From Candidatus Giovannonibacteria bacterium RIFCSPLOWO2_02_FULL_43_54 (GTDB lineage: Bacteria > Patescibacteriota > Minisyncoccia > UBA11713 > 2-01-FULL-45-33): 64,000 bases of DNA. This document shows, in pieces, positions 8,438-17,526 of the stretch. Both the position numbers and the translations under genes were made by a program. The DNA is taken from contig MFIK01000041.1 of the NCBI GenBank assembly GCA_001778875.1, positions 2,033 to 66,032 on the forward strand, given 5' to 3'. The stretch's first letter is position 1. The number at the start of each line of letters is the position of its first letter. The notes beneath the pieces are model-generated. The model was given only the letters and a program-made list of their open reading frames with translations. It was not told where the DNA came from and did not search any database.

Positions 8438-10006
8438 TCAGAGGATTTTCGGAAGAAGATCTATGCCTGACATCTCTTCTTTTTTAGGAAGCGCTAACAA
8501 TCCGAGAACCGACGGAGCAACGTCCGAAAGCACTCCGCGCACTTCGCCGTAGCGCGCTGCGATTTCAGGATCCGTCCTCGGCTCCTTATTTTTTACGTCA
8601 TTGGAAATTATATAAAATGGAACGGGATTGGCGGTGTGTTTTGTCCTTTTTTCTCCAGAACTTGCGTAAATTTTTTCTTCGGCGTTTCCGTGGTCCGCCG
8701 TAACTATCATGGCGCCGCCCATTTTAAGGATTTCAGGATAAATTTTCGCGATCGCGCCATCAAGCGTTTCTATCGCTTTTACTGTCGCGTCAAAATTGCC
8801 GGTATGCCCGATCATGTCGCCGTTCGCGAAATTCGCGAGAATAAAATCATATTTCACAAGCCCATTCAAAATTTCTTCGGTAATTTTGCCGATCGACATC
8901 TCCGGCACCGAATCAAGCTTCGGTGTTTTTGGCGACGGAACAAGAATCCGCTCCTCGCCTTTGTAAGGAGTTTCTTTTCCGCCGTTAAAAAAATAAGTAA
9001 TATGGGCATATTTTTCAGTTTCCGCGATATGAATCTGTGATAGCCCCGCTTCTGAAATTATTCTGGAGAGAGGCCACGGAACATCCAACGGCGGGAATGC
9101 GACCCGTGCCGGAATTTTGCCGTCATATTCAGTCATCGTGACCGTAAAAATATCCGAAAGCTTATCTCTTGCGAATCCGAAAAAAACGTCTGCGGTGAAA
9201 GAATAGACAAGCTCGCGCATGGAATCTTCCCTAAAATTGAAAAATATCAATGAATCTCCTGAAGATATTTTGCCCTCTCCGCCCTTTAACATCGCGGGTT
9301 CAATGAATTCATCGGAAATTTCTTTTTCGTAAGATTCAGCGATATATTTTGACGCCTTATTAAATTCATTGTGGCAGACGCCTATCATGCATTTGTATGT
9401 TTTTTCAACGCGGTCCCAATTTTCATCTCTATCCATCGCGAAATCTCTACCGGAAACGCTCCCAATCTTTGCATACGGATAAAGAGTCTGAATCCTATTT
9501 TCCAACTGTTGAATGAATTTTGCCCCTTCTTTCATCTGCGTATCCCTGCCGTCGGTAAAAAGATGCAAATATACGTTTTTCAGGCCTTCTTTTCCGGCAA
9601 GCTCCAAAAGCGCGTATAGGTGCTCGACATACGCGTGCACCGAACCGCTTGAAAAAAGCCCAGCTATATGCAGTTTGCTATTATTTGTTTTAACGAAAGC
9701 CACGGCATCTAAAAATGCTTTATTTGTGAAAAAAGAACCGTCGTGGATAGACATGATTATTCTCGGAAAGTGGTGAAAAATCGGACGCCCCGCGCCGATA
9801 GTTAAGTGGCCGACCTCGGAATTTCCTTCTTCACCCCAAGGCAGGCCCGTCGCGGTACCGGAAGCCTGCAAGGTCGTGAACGGGAAAAATTTTTCAATTT
9901 CACGAAATGCGGGCATTTTTGCGTATTTCCAGGTTGAATTTGGAGTTTTGCTTACCCCGAACCCATCCAGAATCAGCAACACCACCGGCTTGTATCGTTT
10001 AGCCAT
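8438..10006 (-). CDS. gpmI: 2,3-bisphosphoglycerate-independent phosphoglycerate mutase
   Basis: 522 aa; N-terminal VVLLILDGFG and conserved metal-binding regions typical of iPGM. Confidence 0.9.
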   Translation of the reverse strand: MAKRYKPVVLLILDGFGVSKTPNSTWKYAKMPAFREIEKFFPFTTLQASGTATGLPWGEEGNSEVGHLTIGAGRPIFHHFPRIIMSIHDGSFFTNKAFLDAVAFVKTNNSKLHIAGLFSSGSVHAYVEHLYALLELAGKEGLKNVYLHLFTDGRDTQMKEGAKFIQQLENRIQTLYPYAKIGSVSGRDFAMDRDENWDRVEKTYKCMIGVCHNEFNKASKYIAESYEKEISDEFIEPAMLKGGEGKISSGDSLIFFNFREDSMRELVYSFTADVFFGFARDKLSDIFTVTMTEYDGKIPARVAFPPLDVPWPLSRIISEAGLSQIHIAETEKYAHITYFFNGGKETPYKGEERILVPSPKTPKLDSVPEMSIGKITEEILNGLVKYDFILANFANGDMIGHTGNFDATVKAIETLDGAIAKIYPEILKMGGAMIVTADHGNAEEKIYASSGEKRTKHTANPVPFYIISNDVKNKEPRTDPEIAARYGEVRGVLSDVAPSVLGLLALPKKEEMSGIDLLPKIL

Positions 10007-10023
10007 AAAATTATTTTAGCATA

Positions 10024-10052
10024 TTGACACTCGAAACCTATTCTGATAAACT
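10024..10052 (+). promoter_or_regulatory. Sigma70-like promoter for rny (TTGACA-N17-TAAACT)
   Basis: Consensus -35 with 17-bp spacer in the divergent gpmI/rny intergenic region. Confidence 0.4.
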
Positions 10053-10105
10053 GTTATTATATTTAATGTATATGTTACCAATTTTAATCGAATTTAAACA
10101 AATAT

Positions 10106-11632
10106 ATGGATTTTCTCACGCTCATCAAGGCGGCGGCGGCTTTATTAGTTGGTACGGCAGTTGGTTATTTTCTCCGTCAATTCATCGCGCTCAAACAAAA
10201 CGATTCGCTCGAACTCAAGGCTAAGCGAATTTTATTGGACGCCAAAGAATCCGCCCAGAAAGTTTTGGACGATGCCAAGTCGCGTGCCGAGAAGGTTTTG
10301 GAGGGGGCAAAGGACGAGCAAAAAGAGCGCGAACGCGACTTAAGAAGGCTGGAAGAAAGGATAACGCACAAAGACGAAACCCTGGAAAGGCGCTCGCAGG
10401 AGCTTGATAAGGAGACCAACGCGATAAAGGAAAAAGTCGAGAAATTGAGGGCGATGAAGGAGAATTTTGAGAAGATTGACGCGGAGAAGCGCCTTGAACT
10501 TGAGAAGGTCGCGAAACTGTCGACTGAGGAGGCAAAAGAAAAACTCATCACGGAAGTCGAGAAAAAATACGAATCAGATATTTTGGCCAGAGTCCAGAAG
10601 ATGGAAAGGTTCGGCCTGGAAGAGTTAGAAAGAAAGGCCCGTGATATTTTGGCCTCAACCATCCAGCGTATCGCGTCATCTACCGCGTCTGAAGTGACGG
10701 TTACTTCGGTTACTATTCCTTCGGATGATTTGAAAGGGAAAATTATCGGGAAAGAAGGCAGAAATATCCGCGCGCTTGAGCGCGCGGCCGGAGTAGAGAT
10801 AATTGTGGACGATACCCCGGGGGCGATATTAATTTCGAGCTTTGATCCTGTACGGAGGCAGATCGCAAGGGTTGCGCTGGAAAATTTGATTTTGGATGGC
10901 AGGATACAGCCTGCAAAGATAGAAGAAATGGTTGAGAAGGCAAAGACAGAAATTGAAAAAATTATCAAAGACGCCGGAGAAAAAGCCATTTACGAGATCG
11001 GCGTTTTTGACATAGATCCAAGACTCATCATGCTTTTGGGGAGATTGAAATTCAGGACATCCTACGGCCAAAATGTTCTTCAGCACTCGATTGAAATGGC
11101 TCATGTCGCGGGAATGCTGGCAAGCGAATTAAAAGCCGATGTAAATATTGCCAAAAAGGGATCCTTGCTCCATGACATAGGAAAAGCGGTTGATCACGAG
11201 ATCCAGGGAACGCACGTTGAGATTGGACGCCGAATTTTGCAGAAATTCAATGTGGATGTCCGCATCATTCAGGCAATGCAGTCGCACCATGAGGAATATC
11301 CTTATGAAACATTGGAATCCATTATCGTCCAGACCGCGGATGCGATTTCCGCATCACGTCCGGGTGCGCGAAGGGACTCGGTTGAAAATTATGTAAAGCG
11401 GCTGGAGGATCTCGAAGGCATCGCGACATCATTCAAAGGAGTTGAGAAAGCATATGCGATCCAGGCGGGACGCGAAATAAGAGTATTTGTTACTCCTGAA
11501 AACTTGTCCGATCTCGAAGCCAAAAAAATGGCCCGCGACATCGCGGACCGGATTGAGAACGAATTAAAATACCCCGGAGAGATCAAAGTGAATGTGATTC
11601 GGGAAATGCGTGCGATTGAATACGCGAGGTAG
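10106..11632 (+). CDS. rny: Ribonuclease Y (N-terminal transmembrane helix, coiled-coil, KH and HD domains)
   Basis: KH segment IIGKEGRNIRALE; HD-domain segment LLHDIGKAVDHE; 508 aa. Confidence 0.9.
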   Translation: MDFLTLIKAAAALLVGTAVGYFLRQFIALKQNDSLELKAKRILLDAKESAQKVLDDAKSRAEKVLEGAKDEQKERERDLRRLEERITHKDETLERRSQELDKETNAIKEKVEKLRAMKENFEKIDAEKRLELEKVAKLSTEEAKEKLITEVEKKYESDILARVQKMERFGLEELERKARDILASTIQRIASSTASEVTVTSVTIPSDDLKGKIIGKEGRNIRALERAAGVEIIVDDTPGAILISSFDPVRRQIARVALENLILDGRIQPAKIEEMVEKAKTEIEKIIKDAGEKAIYEIGVFDIDPRLIMLLGRLKFRTSYGQNVLQHSIEMAHVAGMLASELKADVNIAKKGSLLHDIGKAVDHEIQGTHVEIGRRILQKFNVDVRIIQAMQSHHEEYPYETLESIIVQTADAISASRPGARRDSVENYVKRLEDLEGIATSFKGVEKAYAIQAGREIRVFVTPENLSDLEAKKMARDIADRIENELKYPGEIKVNVIREMRAIEYAR

Positions 11633-11795
11633 AAAAAGTCTAAATAAAAAAATGGGAGCGAAAGAAAACTATCAACGCCACAAAAAGGGCACTTTATCAT
11701 TATACGCTCCTTAAAAAGTTATTATCTGATGTGAAACTAACATATTGTTTTGTGCTTGTAAATAGCAGTATAAAACGCTATGATGAAAAACTAAC

Positions 11796-12812
11796 ATGAA
11801 ACTTCTAATCTATGGGGACGTGGTCGGGAAACTTGGCAGAGAAGGTGTAAAACATACACTATCTTTTTGGCGTGAAAAATATTCTCCGGATGTTGTTATT
11901 GCGAACGTAGAAAATATAATGCATGGGAAAGGGATAGGCCCGGCGCAGATCCGGGAATTGCGCGACGCGGGCGTAAATATTTTTACCGGAGGGAATCATT
12001 CTGTTGAAGGAAAAGATGTTGAGAAAATTTTGAACGATGAAACCATTGCGATTACGCGCCCCGCTAACATGCGCGAAGATCTTCCCGGCAGGGGAGCGGT
12101 GCTTTACCAAATCCGAAACCAGAAATCCGACTCGCCTGCCGGACGGGCAGGAATCCGAAACGAAGGTAGGGTTTCACTCGAAAGCGAAACAGCTGAGTCG
12201 AAGGCAGAGGTTTTTCAAGACTTTTCGCAGTCCCGCCACGGCGGGACGAGACTTAGCAATTCGCCAGCAGGCGAATATGCGGGTCTTGAAAAATCTGCTG
12301 CCGAGACGAAGCTTCTTGTCATCAACCTCATCGGGCAGGTTTTCATGCATCAGGAATATGCCTCCCCTTTTATCGCGATAGACAAAATTTTGGAAGAGTA
12401 CAAGGGAAAAACACCGTTCATTATTTTAGACTGGCACGCGGACGCAACGTCCGAAAAAACTATCATGGGAAGGTATTTGGACGGAAAAGTTTCCGCCGTA
12501 TTCGGAACGCATACTCACGTACCGACCGCGGACGCGAAAATTTTACCCAAGGGTACGGCATATATTTCCGACATAGGAATGGTCGGCCCTTATGAGTCAA
12601 TTATCGGCGTTGAAATTGAACCATCAATCGAAAGATTCGTAAAAAACATCAAGACTCCGAAAAATCCGGTTGAAACCGGACCTATAGAAGTGAACGCGAT
12701 TTTGCTGGAGTTGAGTGATGGAATTAGCAAACCAGCCTCCGCTAAAGCTACGGCGGGTAAAGCTGTGGATATCAGGCATTTGCGGGAAATCGTTACAGAG
12801 TATAAAATTTGA
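11796..12812 (+). CDS. ymdB: YmdB-family calcineurin-like metallophosphoesterase (2',3'-cyclic nucleotide phosphodiesterase) carrying a ~65-aa low-complexity insertion
   Basis: Colinear with B. subtilis YmdB (GDVVGKLGR, RPANMREDLPG, ILDWHADATSEK, GTHTHVPTAD, KGTAYISDIGMVGP); rny-ymdB synteny; the segment between GRGAVLYQ and KLLVINL has no counterpart in YmdB. Confidence 0.8.
   Translation: MKLLIYGDVVGKLGREGVKHTLSFWREKYSPDVVIANVENIMHGKGIGPAQIRELRDAGVNIFTGGNHSVEGKDVEKILNDETIAITRPANMREDLPGRGAVLYQIRNQKSDSPAGRAGIRNEGRVSLESETAESKAEVFQDFSQSRHGGTRLSNSPAGEYAGLEKSAAETKLLVINLIGQVFMHQEYASPFIAIDKILEEYKGKTPFIILDWHADATSEKTIMGRYLDGKVSAVFGTHTHVPTADAKILPKGTAYISDIGMVGPYESIIGVEIEPSIERFVKNIKTPKNPVETGPIEVNAILLELSDGISKPASAKATAGKAVDIRHLREIVTEYKI
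12111..12315 (+). repeat. GC-rich hairpin-rich in-frame insertion within ymdB
   Basis: Three perfect hairpins (CCTGCC/GGCAGG at 12135-12151; GTCCCGCC/GGCGGGAC at 12230-12247; TTCGCC/GGCGAA at 12260-12275) and flanking direct repeats (AATCCGAAAC twice, AGACTT twice); local GC well above the gene average. Confidence 0.45.
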
Positions 12813-12837
12813 GCATTACTAATAATTATTAAAAACA

Positions 12838-13128
12838 ATGAATAAAGCGGAGTTAGGAGAGAAACTGCACGAAATGCACGCCAAGAAAGGCGTTGACGTT
12901 TCGAAAAAACACGCGGATGAAGTAGTCGATTTTATTTTCGACACCATTACAAGCTGTCTTAAAAAAGGAGACGAAGTTTCCATCGCCGGTTTCGGCGCTT
13001 TCATTGTGAAGCAGCGCAAGGCCCGCACTGCGAGAAACCCGAGAACCGGAGAAATGGTCCAGGTTCCCGCGACCACAGTCCCCCGCTTTAAGGCCGGGAA
13101 AGCCTTGAAAGAGGCGGTGAAAGCTTAG
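12838..13128 (+). CDS. hup: HU-family DNA-binding protein
   Basis: 96 aa; motifs GFGAFIVKQRKARTARNPRTGE and the arm region are typical of HU/IHF. Confidence 0.9.
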   Translation: MNKAELGEKLHEMHAKKGVDVSKKHADEVVDFIFDTITSCLKKGDEVSIAGFGAFIVKQRKARTARNPRTGEMVQVPATTVPRFKAGKALKEAVKA

Positions 13129-13133
13129 CTTTC

Positions 13134-13169
13134 ATCCCGCCATTGGCGGGGATCATTGCTAAAGCAATG
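13134..13169 (+). terminator. Two adjacent small hairpins downstream of hup (CCCGCC att GGCGGG, then CATTGC taaa GCAATG)
   Basis: Inverted repeats right after the hup stop; no strong T-run. Confidence 0.3.
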
Positions 13170-13223
13170 AATAGACATTAATTCAAATTATGCTAAGATG
13201 CCACCAGACTTTCTGGGGGCATT

Positions 13224-13775
13224 TTGCTCTTAAAATTTGCCGTATTTATAAAAAACTGGTTTGGCACGTTTATAAAAAACCTGCTGATTTTGGCGATAAC
13301 ATATAAATTTTTCTTATGGCTTTACGGGATAGTATATGATTTTGTCATGCAAACGCACGCGCTCTTTGTGAGGTTTTCCGCATTCAATGATTTTGTATTT
13401 GTTGTGATGGCGGTCATTGTGGCCACAATAACTGTTTTGCTGGGGCTTTACCCGGTTACCAGATTTTGGATATTTAGGCTGAAGAAAGTAGCGGATGAGC
13501 AATCATATTTTCCGATAAAATGCCCGGCAGAAGGCGGAGGATGGATGTACGGATTTTCCAATCACAATTATTTGAGCGGCGGAGAAAGACTATACGATGC
13601 GGTCGTTTTTTGGGGAGGTTTCTCAAGAAAATTTGGCCTCAAAGCAAGCGAATTTAAACGGTTAAACATGACTATTCCTGAAGTAATTATGCTTGCTTAT
13701 GTTACACCGTGGATACCATTCCTCACAAAAGTTTTACCGCACGACGAAGAAAAACAAAACTCTGCCGAAAAGTAG
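13224..13775 (+). CDS. Hypothetical polytopic membrane protein
   Basis: 183 aa with several hydrophobic helices; no recognisable family. Confidence 0.4.
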   Translation: MLLKFAVFIKNWFGTFIKNLLILAITYKFFLWLYGIVYDFVMQTHALFVRFSAFNDFVFVVMAVIVATITVLLGLYPVTRFWIFRLKKVADEQSYFPIKCPAEGGGWMYGFSNHNYLSGGERLYDAVVFWGGFSRKFGLKASEFKRLNMTIPEVIMLAYVTPWIPFLTKVLPHDEEKQNSAEK

Positions 13776-13788
13776 AGTTTTTATTTTG

Positions 13789-13860
13789 TGCGAGCGGCGG
13801 GAGTCGGACCCGCGTCTGCTGCTTGGAAGGCAGCCATAATAGCCGTTATACTACGCTCGC
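13789..13860 (-). tRNA. tRNA-Gly (anticodon TCC)
   Basis: Manual fold: 7-bp acceptor GCGAGCG/CGCTCGC, anticodon stem GCTGC/GCAGC with loop CTTCCAA, T-arm CGGG.TCCGACT.CCCG; unusual T-loop TCCGAYT shared with the neighbouring tRNA. Confidence 0.75.
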
Positions 13861-13879
13861 AAGATTATATTATGCTCTG

Positions 13880-13953
13880 TGGTCGGGGTGCCGAGAATCG
13901 GACTCGGCCTTCGTGCTCCCAAAGCACGCGTACTACCAATATACTACACCCCG
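13880..13953 (-). tRNA. tRNA-Pro (anticodon TGG), CCA encoded
   Basis: Manual fold: acceptor CGGGGTG/CACCCCG, D-arm GTAT.ATTGGTA.GTAC, anticodon stem CGTGC/GCACG with loop TTTGGGA (G37), T-arm CCGAG.TCCGATT.CTCGG, then A-CCA. Confidence 0.75.
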
Positions 13954-14033
13954 CTCTTAACAAAATACTAGCTTTTTTAGGCGCAAAATAAAAGCCCCGA
14001 TCCTTATCAATAGGGTCAGGGGTTATTAAAATT

Positions 14034-15512
14034 TTACAATTCTTGGCGGTAAAGCATTCCTTCCAGTTTACGGAGATCGGAATGAAGTGAGCGGTCTTTG
14101 TCTATGAACGGAATATTCACGGCAAGATTTTCAAAAAAGTTTCTTGTCGGAGGCGAGAGTTTGTCCTCGATCTTCAGCAATGAAACGGCTTGTCTTGTGG
14201 TAATCGCTAGCGCGGCGATAATGGTCCGCAACAAATCATTCATCCGCGTGGCGGAAAGCGCGCTGTTCATCCCCATGCTGACAATATCCTGATTACTAGC
14301 CTCGCCATCGCTCATCGTAAACAGCGATTCCGCAATTGCCTCTTTGCACAGGGAATTATAGACCGATTCTATCGAAAGCCCCGTAAGCCCTTGTAAGCCG
14401 TTGTGTAAACTATCGTTTCCCGCAACCAAATACATCGGCAATGTGTCGTGATTCAGCTTCGAATCGGTCGTACTTCTGATGTATGCACGGGCGATTTCTC
14501 CGGTTCTTTTCATTGAAAGCTTGAGGCAATTCATCGCATCCGCGACGTAAGACCCGTCAAAATGCCCGCCATGCCCTATATCGTTTCCTATGATGACTGG
14601 GTTATCGGAAACGCTGTTTAATTCATCTTCAACCATATGCGCCGAATCTCTGATTCTATGCACAATTGGCCCCAAAATTTGCGGCAGGCATCTTAAAGAA
14701 TATCTGTCCTGAATCGGATCGGTTTCTTTCAGCTCTGTCGGCGACAGATTTATCACGTCTTCAATCTTTCTCAAAGATTTGCTGCCTTCCAGGGCGCGCG
14801 TGAAAATTTCCGCAATCTCCCTTTGCTCTTTGTGCTTCTTTAGCAAGTGAAGTTTTTTAGCAAAAACATTTTCGATACCTCTGTGGCACTGGAACAAAAT
14901 TGCAATCAGTTCCTGTAATATGCTTAGGATATAAGTAAAATCTATCAAAGCCAGAGCGGAAATGCCTGTCATAAAATGGGTGCCGTTCACAAGAGCCAAC
15001 CCTTCTCTTCCTTCAAGCACAAGTTTTTCCATAAATTGCATCGGGATATAGGAAGAAGGCACAAGATCTCCGCTGTTTCCGATGGATCCAAGCGACGGAA
15101 TTTCAGGAATAGAATTCTGATTGAGCATGTCGGTCAAAACGTCTAAAATTTCCATTCTTACGCCGGAATGTCCCTGTCCCAAAACCAAAAGACGCACGAA
15201 TATCGCTGCGCGAACCTGATCTGCTACAAGATTCGGCCCCGACCCGCAATTTAAGGAAAATACCAAATTCCTCTGCTTCTCTTTGTCTTTTTCGGGCGGA
15301 ACATAAAACCGGACCCGCTCACCGTACCCGGTGCCGTCACCGTAAATAATCTTTACTACGCGCATGCGCATATAATTCGCATGGGCTGTGTATATTTTTT
15401 GAGCGCGCGCTCCGTCTTTTTTTAGAAGGATTTTTTCCAATTTTCTAGCCACATCAAAAACATCAAGCAAAGAAATGCGGCCGGCCGGAGGAACGATCAT
15501 TGAAGACTCCAT
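14034..15512 (-). CDS. Aromatic amino acid ammonia-lyase family protein (HAL/PAL/TAL-like) with NSG in place of the canonical ASG MIO-forming triad
   Basis: Colinear with histidine ammonia-lyase (GSIGNSGDLVPSSY vs GSVGASGDLAPLAH; QDRYSLRCLPQILG vs QDPYSLRCQPQVMG; SDNPVII vs SDNPLVF); 492 aa. Confidence 0.75.
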   Translation of the reverse strand: MESSMIVPPAGRISLLDVFDVARKLEKILLKKDGARAQKIYTAHANYMRMRVVKIIYGDGTGYGERVRFYVPPEKDKEKQRNLVFSLNCGSGPNLVADQVRAAIFVRLLVLGQGHSGVRMEILDVLTDMLNQNSIPEIPSLGSIGNSGDLVPSSYIPMQFMEKLVLEGREGLALVNGTHFMTGISALALIDFTYILSILQELIAILFQCHRGIENVFAKKLHLLKKHKEQREIAEIFTRALEGSKSLRKIEDVINLSPTELKETDPIQDRYSLRCLPQILGPIVHRIRDSAHMVEDELNSVSDNPVIIGNDIGHGGHFDGSYVADAMNCLKLSMKRTGEIARAYIRSTTDSKLNHDTLPMYLVAGNDSLHNGLQGLTGLSIESVYNSLCKEAIAESLFTMSDGEASNQDIVSMGMNSALSATRMNDLLRTIIAALAITTRQAVSLLKIEDKLSPPTRNFFENLAVNIPFIDKDRSLHSDLRKLEGMLYRQEL

Positions 15513-15531
15513 AAGTCTATCTCCAGATTAC

Positions 15532-15559
15532 TTGTCAAAATATCTGCTTTGACTATACT
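15532..15559 (+). promoter_or_regulatory. Candidate promoter for the acyl-CoA ligase gene (TTGTCA-N16-TATACT), followed by Shine-Dalgarno TAGGAGGA
   Basis: Near-consensus hexamers in the divergent intergenic region. Confidence 0.4.
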
Positions 15560-15583
15560 ACCGGTAGGAGGAATTGCAATCCT

Positions 15584-17071
15584 ATGGAACCCTTGACAAT
15601 TTGGGAAACTTTTGAGAGAAGTAAAAGTTTTTTTTCCGATAAAACCGCGATACTTTTTGTTAACGCAGAAGGCAAAGAAGAGGCATATTCTTACCACAAA
15701 CTTTCTTATGATACAGAAGTTTTTGCGCGTGGCTTAAAAGAGAGCGGTATAGGCAAGGGAGATAATGTTTGTCTGTGTTTGTCCAATTCCCCGCTTATGA
15801 TAACAGCTTATCTGGCCCTATCTAAATTGGGAGCGGTATCGGTGTTGATTAATCCGGTCTTGCCCAAAAACCGCGTTAAGAAAATCGTTGAAGATGTTTC
15901 CGCCAAATTACTGATAGACCAAAATGGAGCAGGAGAAGTATTTTCTAAAGCGCATTCTCTCGTGGCTTTGACTTGCGGCGCGACGAAAGCGGATTGCGGT
16001 CCGTTGGACACCGCGGCTATCCTTTATTCTTCGGGAACAACCGGCGAACAAAAAGGCGCCGAGCTTACGGTAAGCAATATTCACAGCAATATCAGCTACA
16101 CAAGCGCGCTTACAGGAATGACCCCCGAAGACAGAATGATTTGTTTTCTTCCTCTTACCCATTGCTTCGGGCTCAATTTTATTTTGGGAGCTTGCTTGTA
16201 TACCGGCGCTACTTTGGTGCTCCACGAAAAATTCGATTTGTCGCTGGTTTTGGATTCGCTCGTCAAAAATAAAGTCACCATGTTTTTCGCGGTTCCGCAG
16301 ATTTACAACATGATGCTGAAACAAAAGATTGGTCCGTTTTATTTTTCTTCCGTCAGATACTTTTTCTACGCCGCGGATTCAATGTCCGTCGATTCAATTC
16401 TGGCGTGGGAACAAGAATATGGCAGGAAAATTTATACAGGCTGGGGGCTTACGGAAACCTCACCTTTTGCAACTTCAAATCACGAAGTAATCTATAAGCT
16501 TGGCAGCGTCGGCAAGCAGATTCCCGGAGTTGATGTGAAAGTTGTTGATGAACACAGCGCCGAGTTAAAGATGAAAAAAGCGACAGATATCGAAAACAAG
16601 AGCGGTTTCTTTGGTGAAATATGCGTAAAAGGGCATAACGTGATGAAAGGTTATTGGAACCGTCCGCAAGAAACGGCGGAGGCCATTGATCGCGAAGTAT
16701 GGTTTCACACAGGAGACATCGGGTATATTGATCATGAAGGGTATCTTTTCATCGTTGACCGCCTGAAAGACATGATTAATGTCGGCGGTGAAAAAGCATG
16801 GCCCGCGGAAATTGAAAAGATAATTTTACAGCACCCGGAAGTGGCCGAAGTCGGAGTTGTTGGCGTACCCAATGAAAAAATGGGAGAGGTGCCGAAAGCT
16901 TTCGTGGTCGCCAAAAATCCTGCATTAACCGCGGAAGAAATACATTTTTTTCTGAATCATCCAGAGCCGCAATTATCCAAGCACGAATTCCCGCGTGAGA
17001 TCGAATTCATAGACAAGCTCCCGCGCAATCCGTCAGGAAAAATTTTGCGGAGAGAGTTAAGGGGCAAGTAG
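15584..17071 (+). CDS. AMP-dependent acyl-CoA ligase (4-coumarate/aryl-CoA or fatty-acid CoA ligase family)
   Basis: AMP-binding motif YSSGTTGEQKG; GWGLTETS; C-terminal GDIGYIDHEGYLFIVDRLKDMINVGGEKAWP; 495 aa. Confidence 0.85.
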   Translation: MEPLTIWETFERSKSFFSDKTAILFVNAEGKEEAYSYHKLSYDTEVFARGLKESGIGKGDNVCLCLSNSPLMITAYLALSKLGAVSVLINPVLPKNRVKKIVEDVSAKLLIDQNGAGEVFSKAHSLVALTCGATKADCGPLDTAAILYSSGTTGEQKGAELTVSNIHSNISYTSALTGMTPEDRMICFLPLTHCFGLNFILGACLYTGATLVLHEKFDLSLVLDSLVKNKVTMFFAVPQIYNMMLKQKIGPFYFSSVRYFFYAADSMSVDSILAWEQEYGRKIYTGWGLTETSPFATSNHEVIYKLGSVGKQIPGVDVKVVDEHSAELKMKKATDIENKSGFFGEICVKGHNVMKGYWNRPQETAEAIDREVWFHTGDIGYIDHEGYLFIVDRLKDMINVGGEKAWPAEIEKIILQHPEVAEVGVVGVPNEKMGEVPKAFVVAKNPALTAEEIHFFLNHPEPQLSKHEFPREIEFIDKLPRNPSGKILRRELRGK

Positions 17072-17102
17072 CCCCTTTTTGTTATATTGTTATAATGAAA
17101 TT

Positions 17103-17510
17103 ATGAAAATCATCAAGATCATTTTTATAGTAATTGCTTTTTTGATAGCCGCATTGGTTGCTTTTTGGCGTTTTGCTCCGACTCGGATGATAGAAAAAGC
17201 AGCTGACAACATCGGATCTGCGGCAACCACACTTTGCCAATATCCGGTCAGGGTTAGTGGCGATGCAATGATGCCTATTTTCCAAAATGGGCAACTAGCC
17301 ATATTTTCTAAATGCATAGAAGACCGTAACAATATCGCGCCTGATGCTATAATTTTATATGAACGACCGGGAGGAACATTGCGCATTTCAGTAGTCCGCG
17401 AGCAAATCAGAGACACGAACGGCATTATGTACCGCGTTTCACAAGAAGCGCGCCAAAATGAAATTGACGAAACGCGTTCTGACAGAATCGTCGCGATTTA
17501 TAATAAATAA
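17103..17510 (+). CDS. Membrane-anchored S24/S26-family serine peptidase (LexA/signal-peptidase-like fold)
   Basis: N-terminal transmembrane helix; VRVSGDAMMPIFQNGQLAIF resembles the S24 nucleophile region; start taken at the internal ATG after the upstream stop. Confidence 0.45.
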   Translation: MKIIKIIFIVIAFLIAALVAFWRFAPTRMIEKAADNIGSAATTLCQYPVRVSGDAMMPIFQNGQLAIFSKCIEDRNNIAPDAIILYERPGGTLRISVVREQIRDTNGIMYRVSQEARQNEIDETRSDRIVAIYNK

Positions 17511-17526
17511 ACGGGATAAATTAGCA

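Noticed and set aside
12111-12315. Intein or group II intron inside ymdB
   Set aside because: The insert is only ~65 codons, has no intein blocks (no Cys/Ser-start ... His-Asn-end architecture) and no intron domain V/VI signature; it reads through in-frame
13789-13953. tRNA pseudogenes, because of the odd T-loop TCCGAYT lacking the usual TTC
   Set aside because: Both tRNAs have perfect 7-bp acceptor stems, proper anticodon loops with correct 37 residues and good D-arms; the shared unusual T-loop looks lineage-specific rather than degenerate
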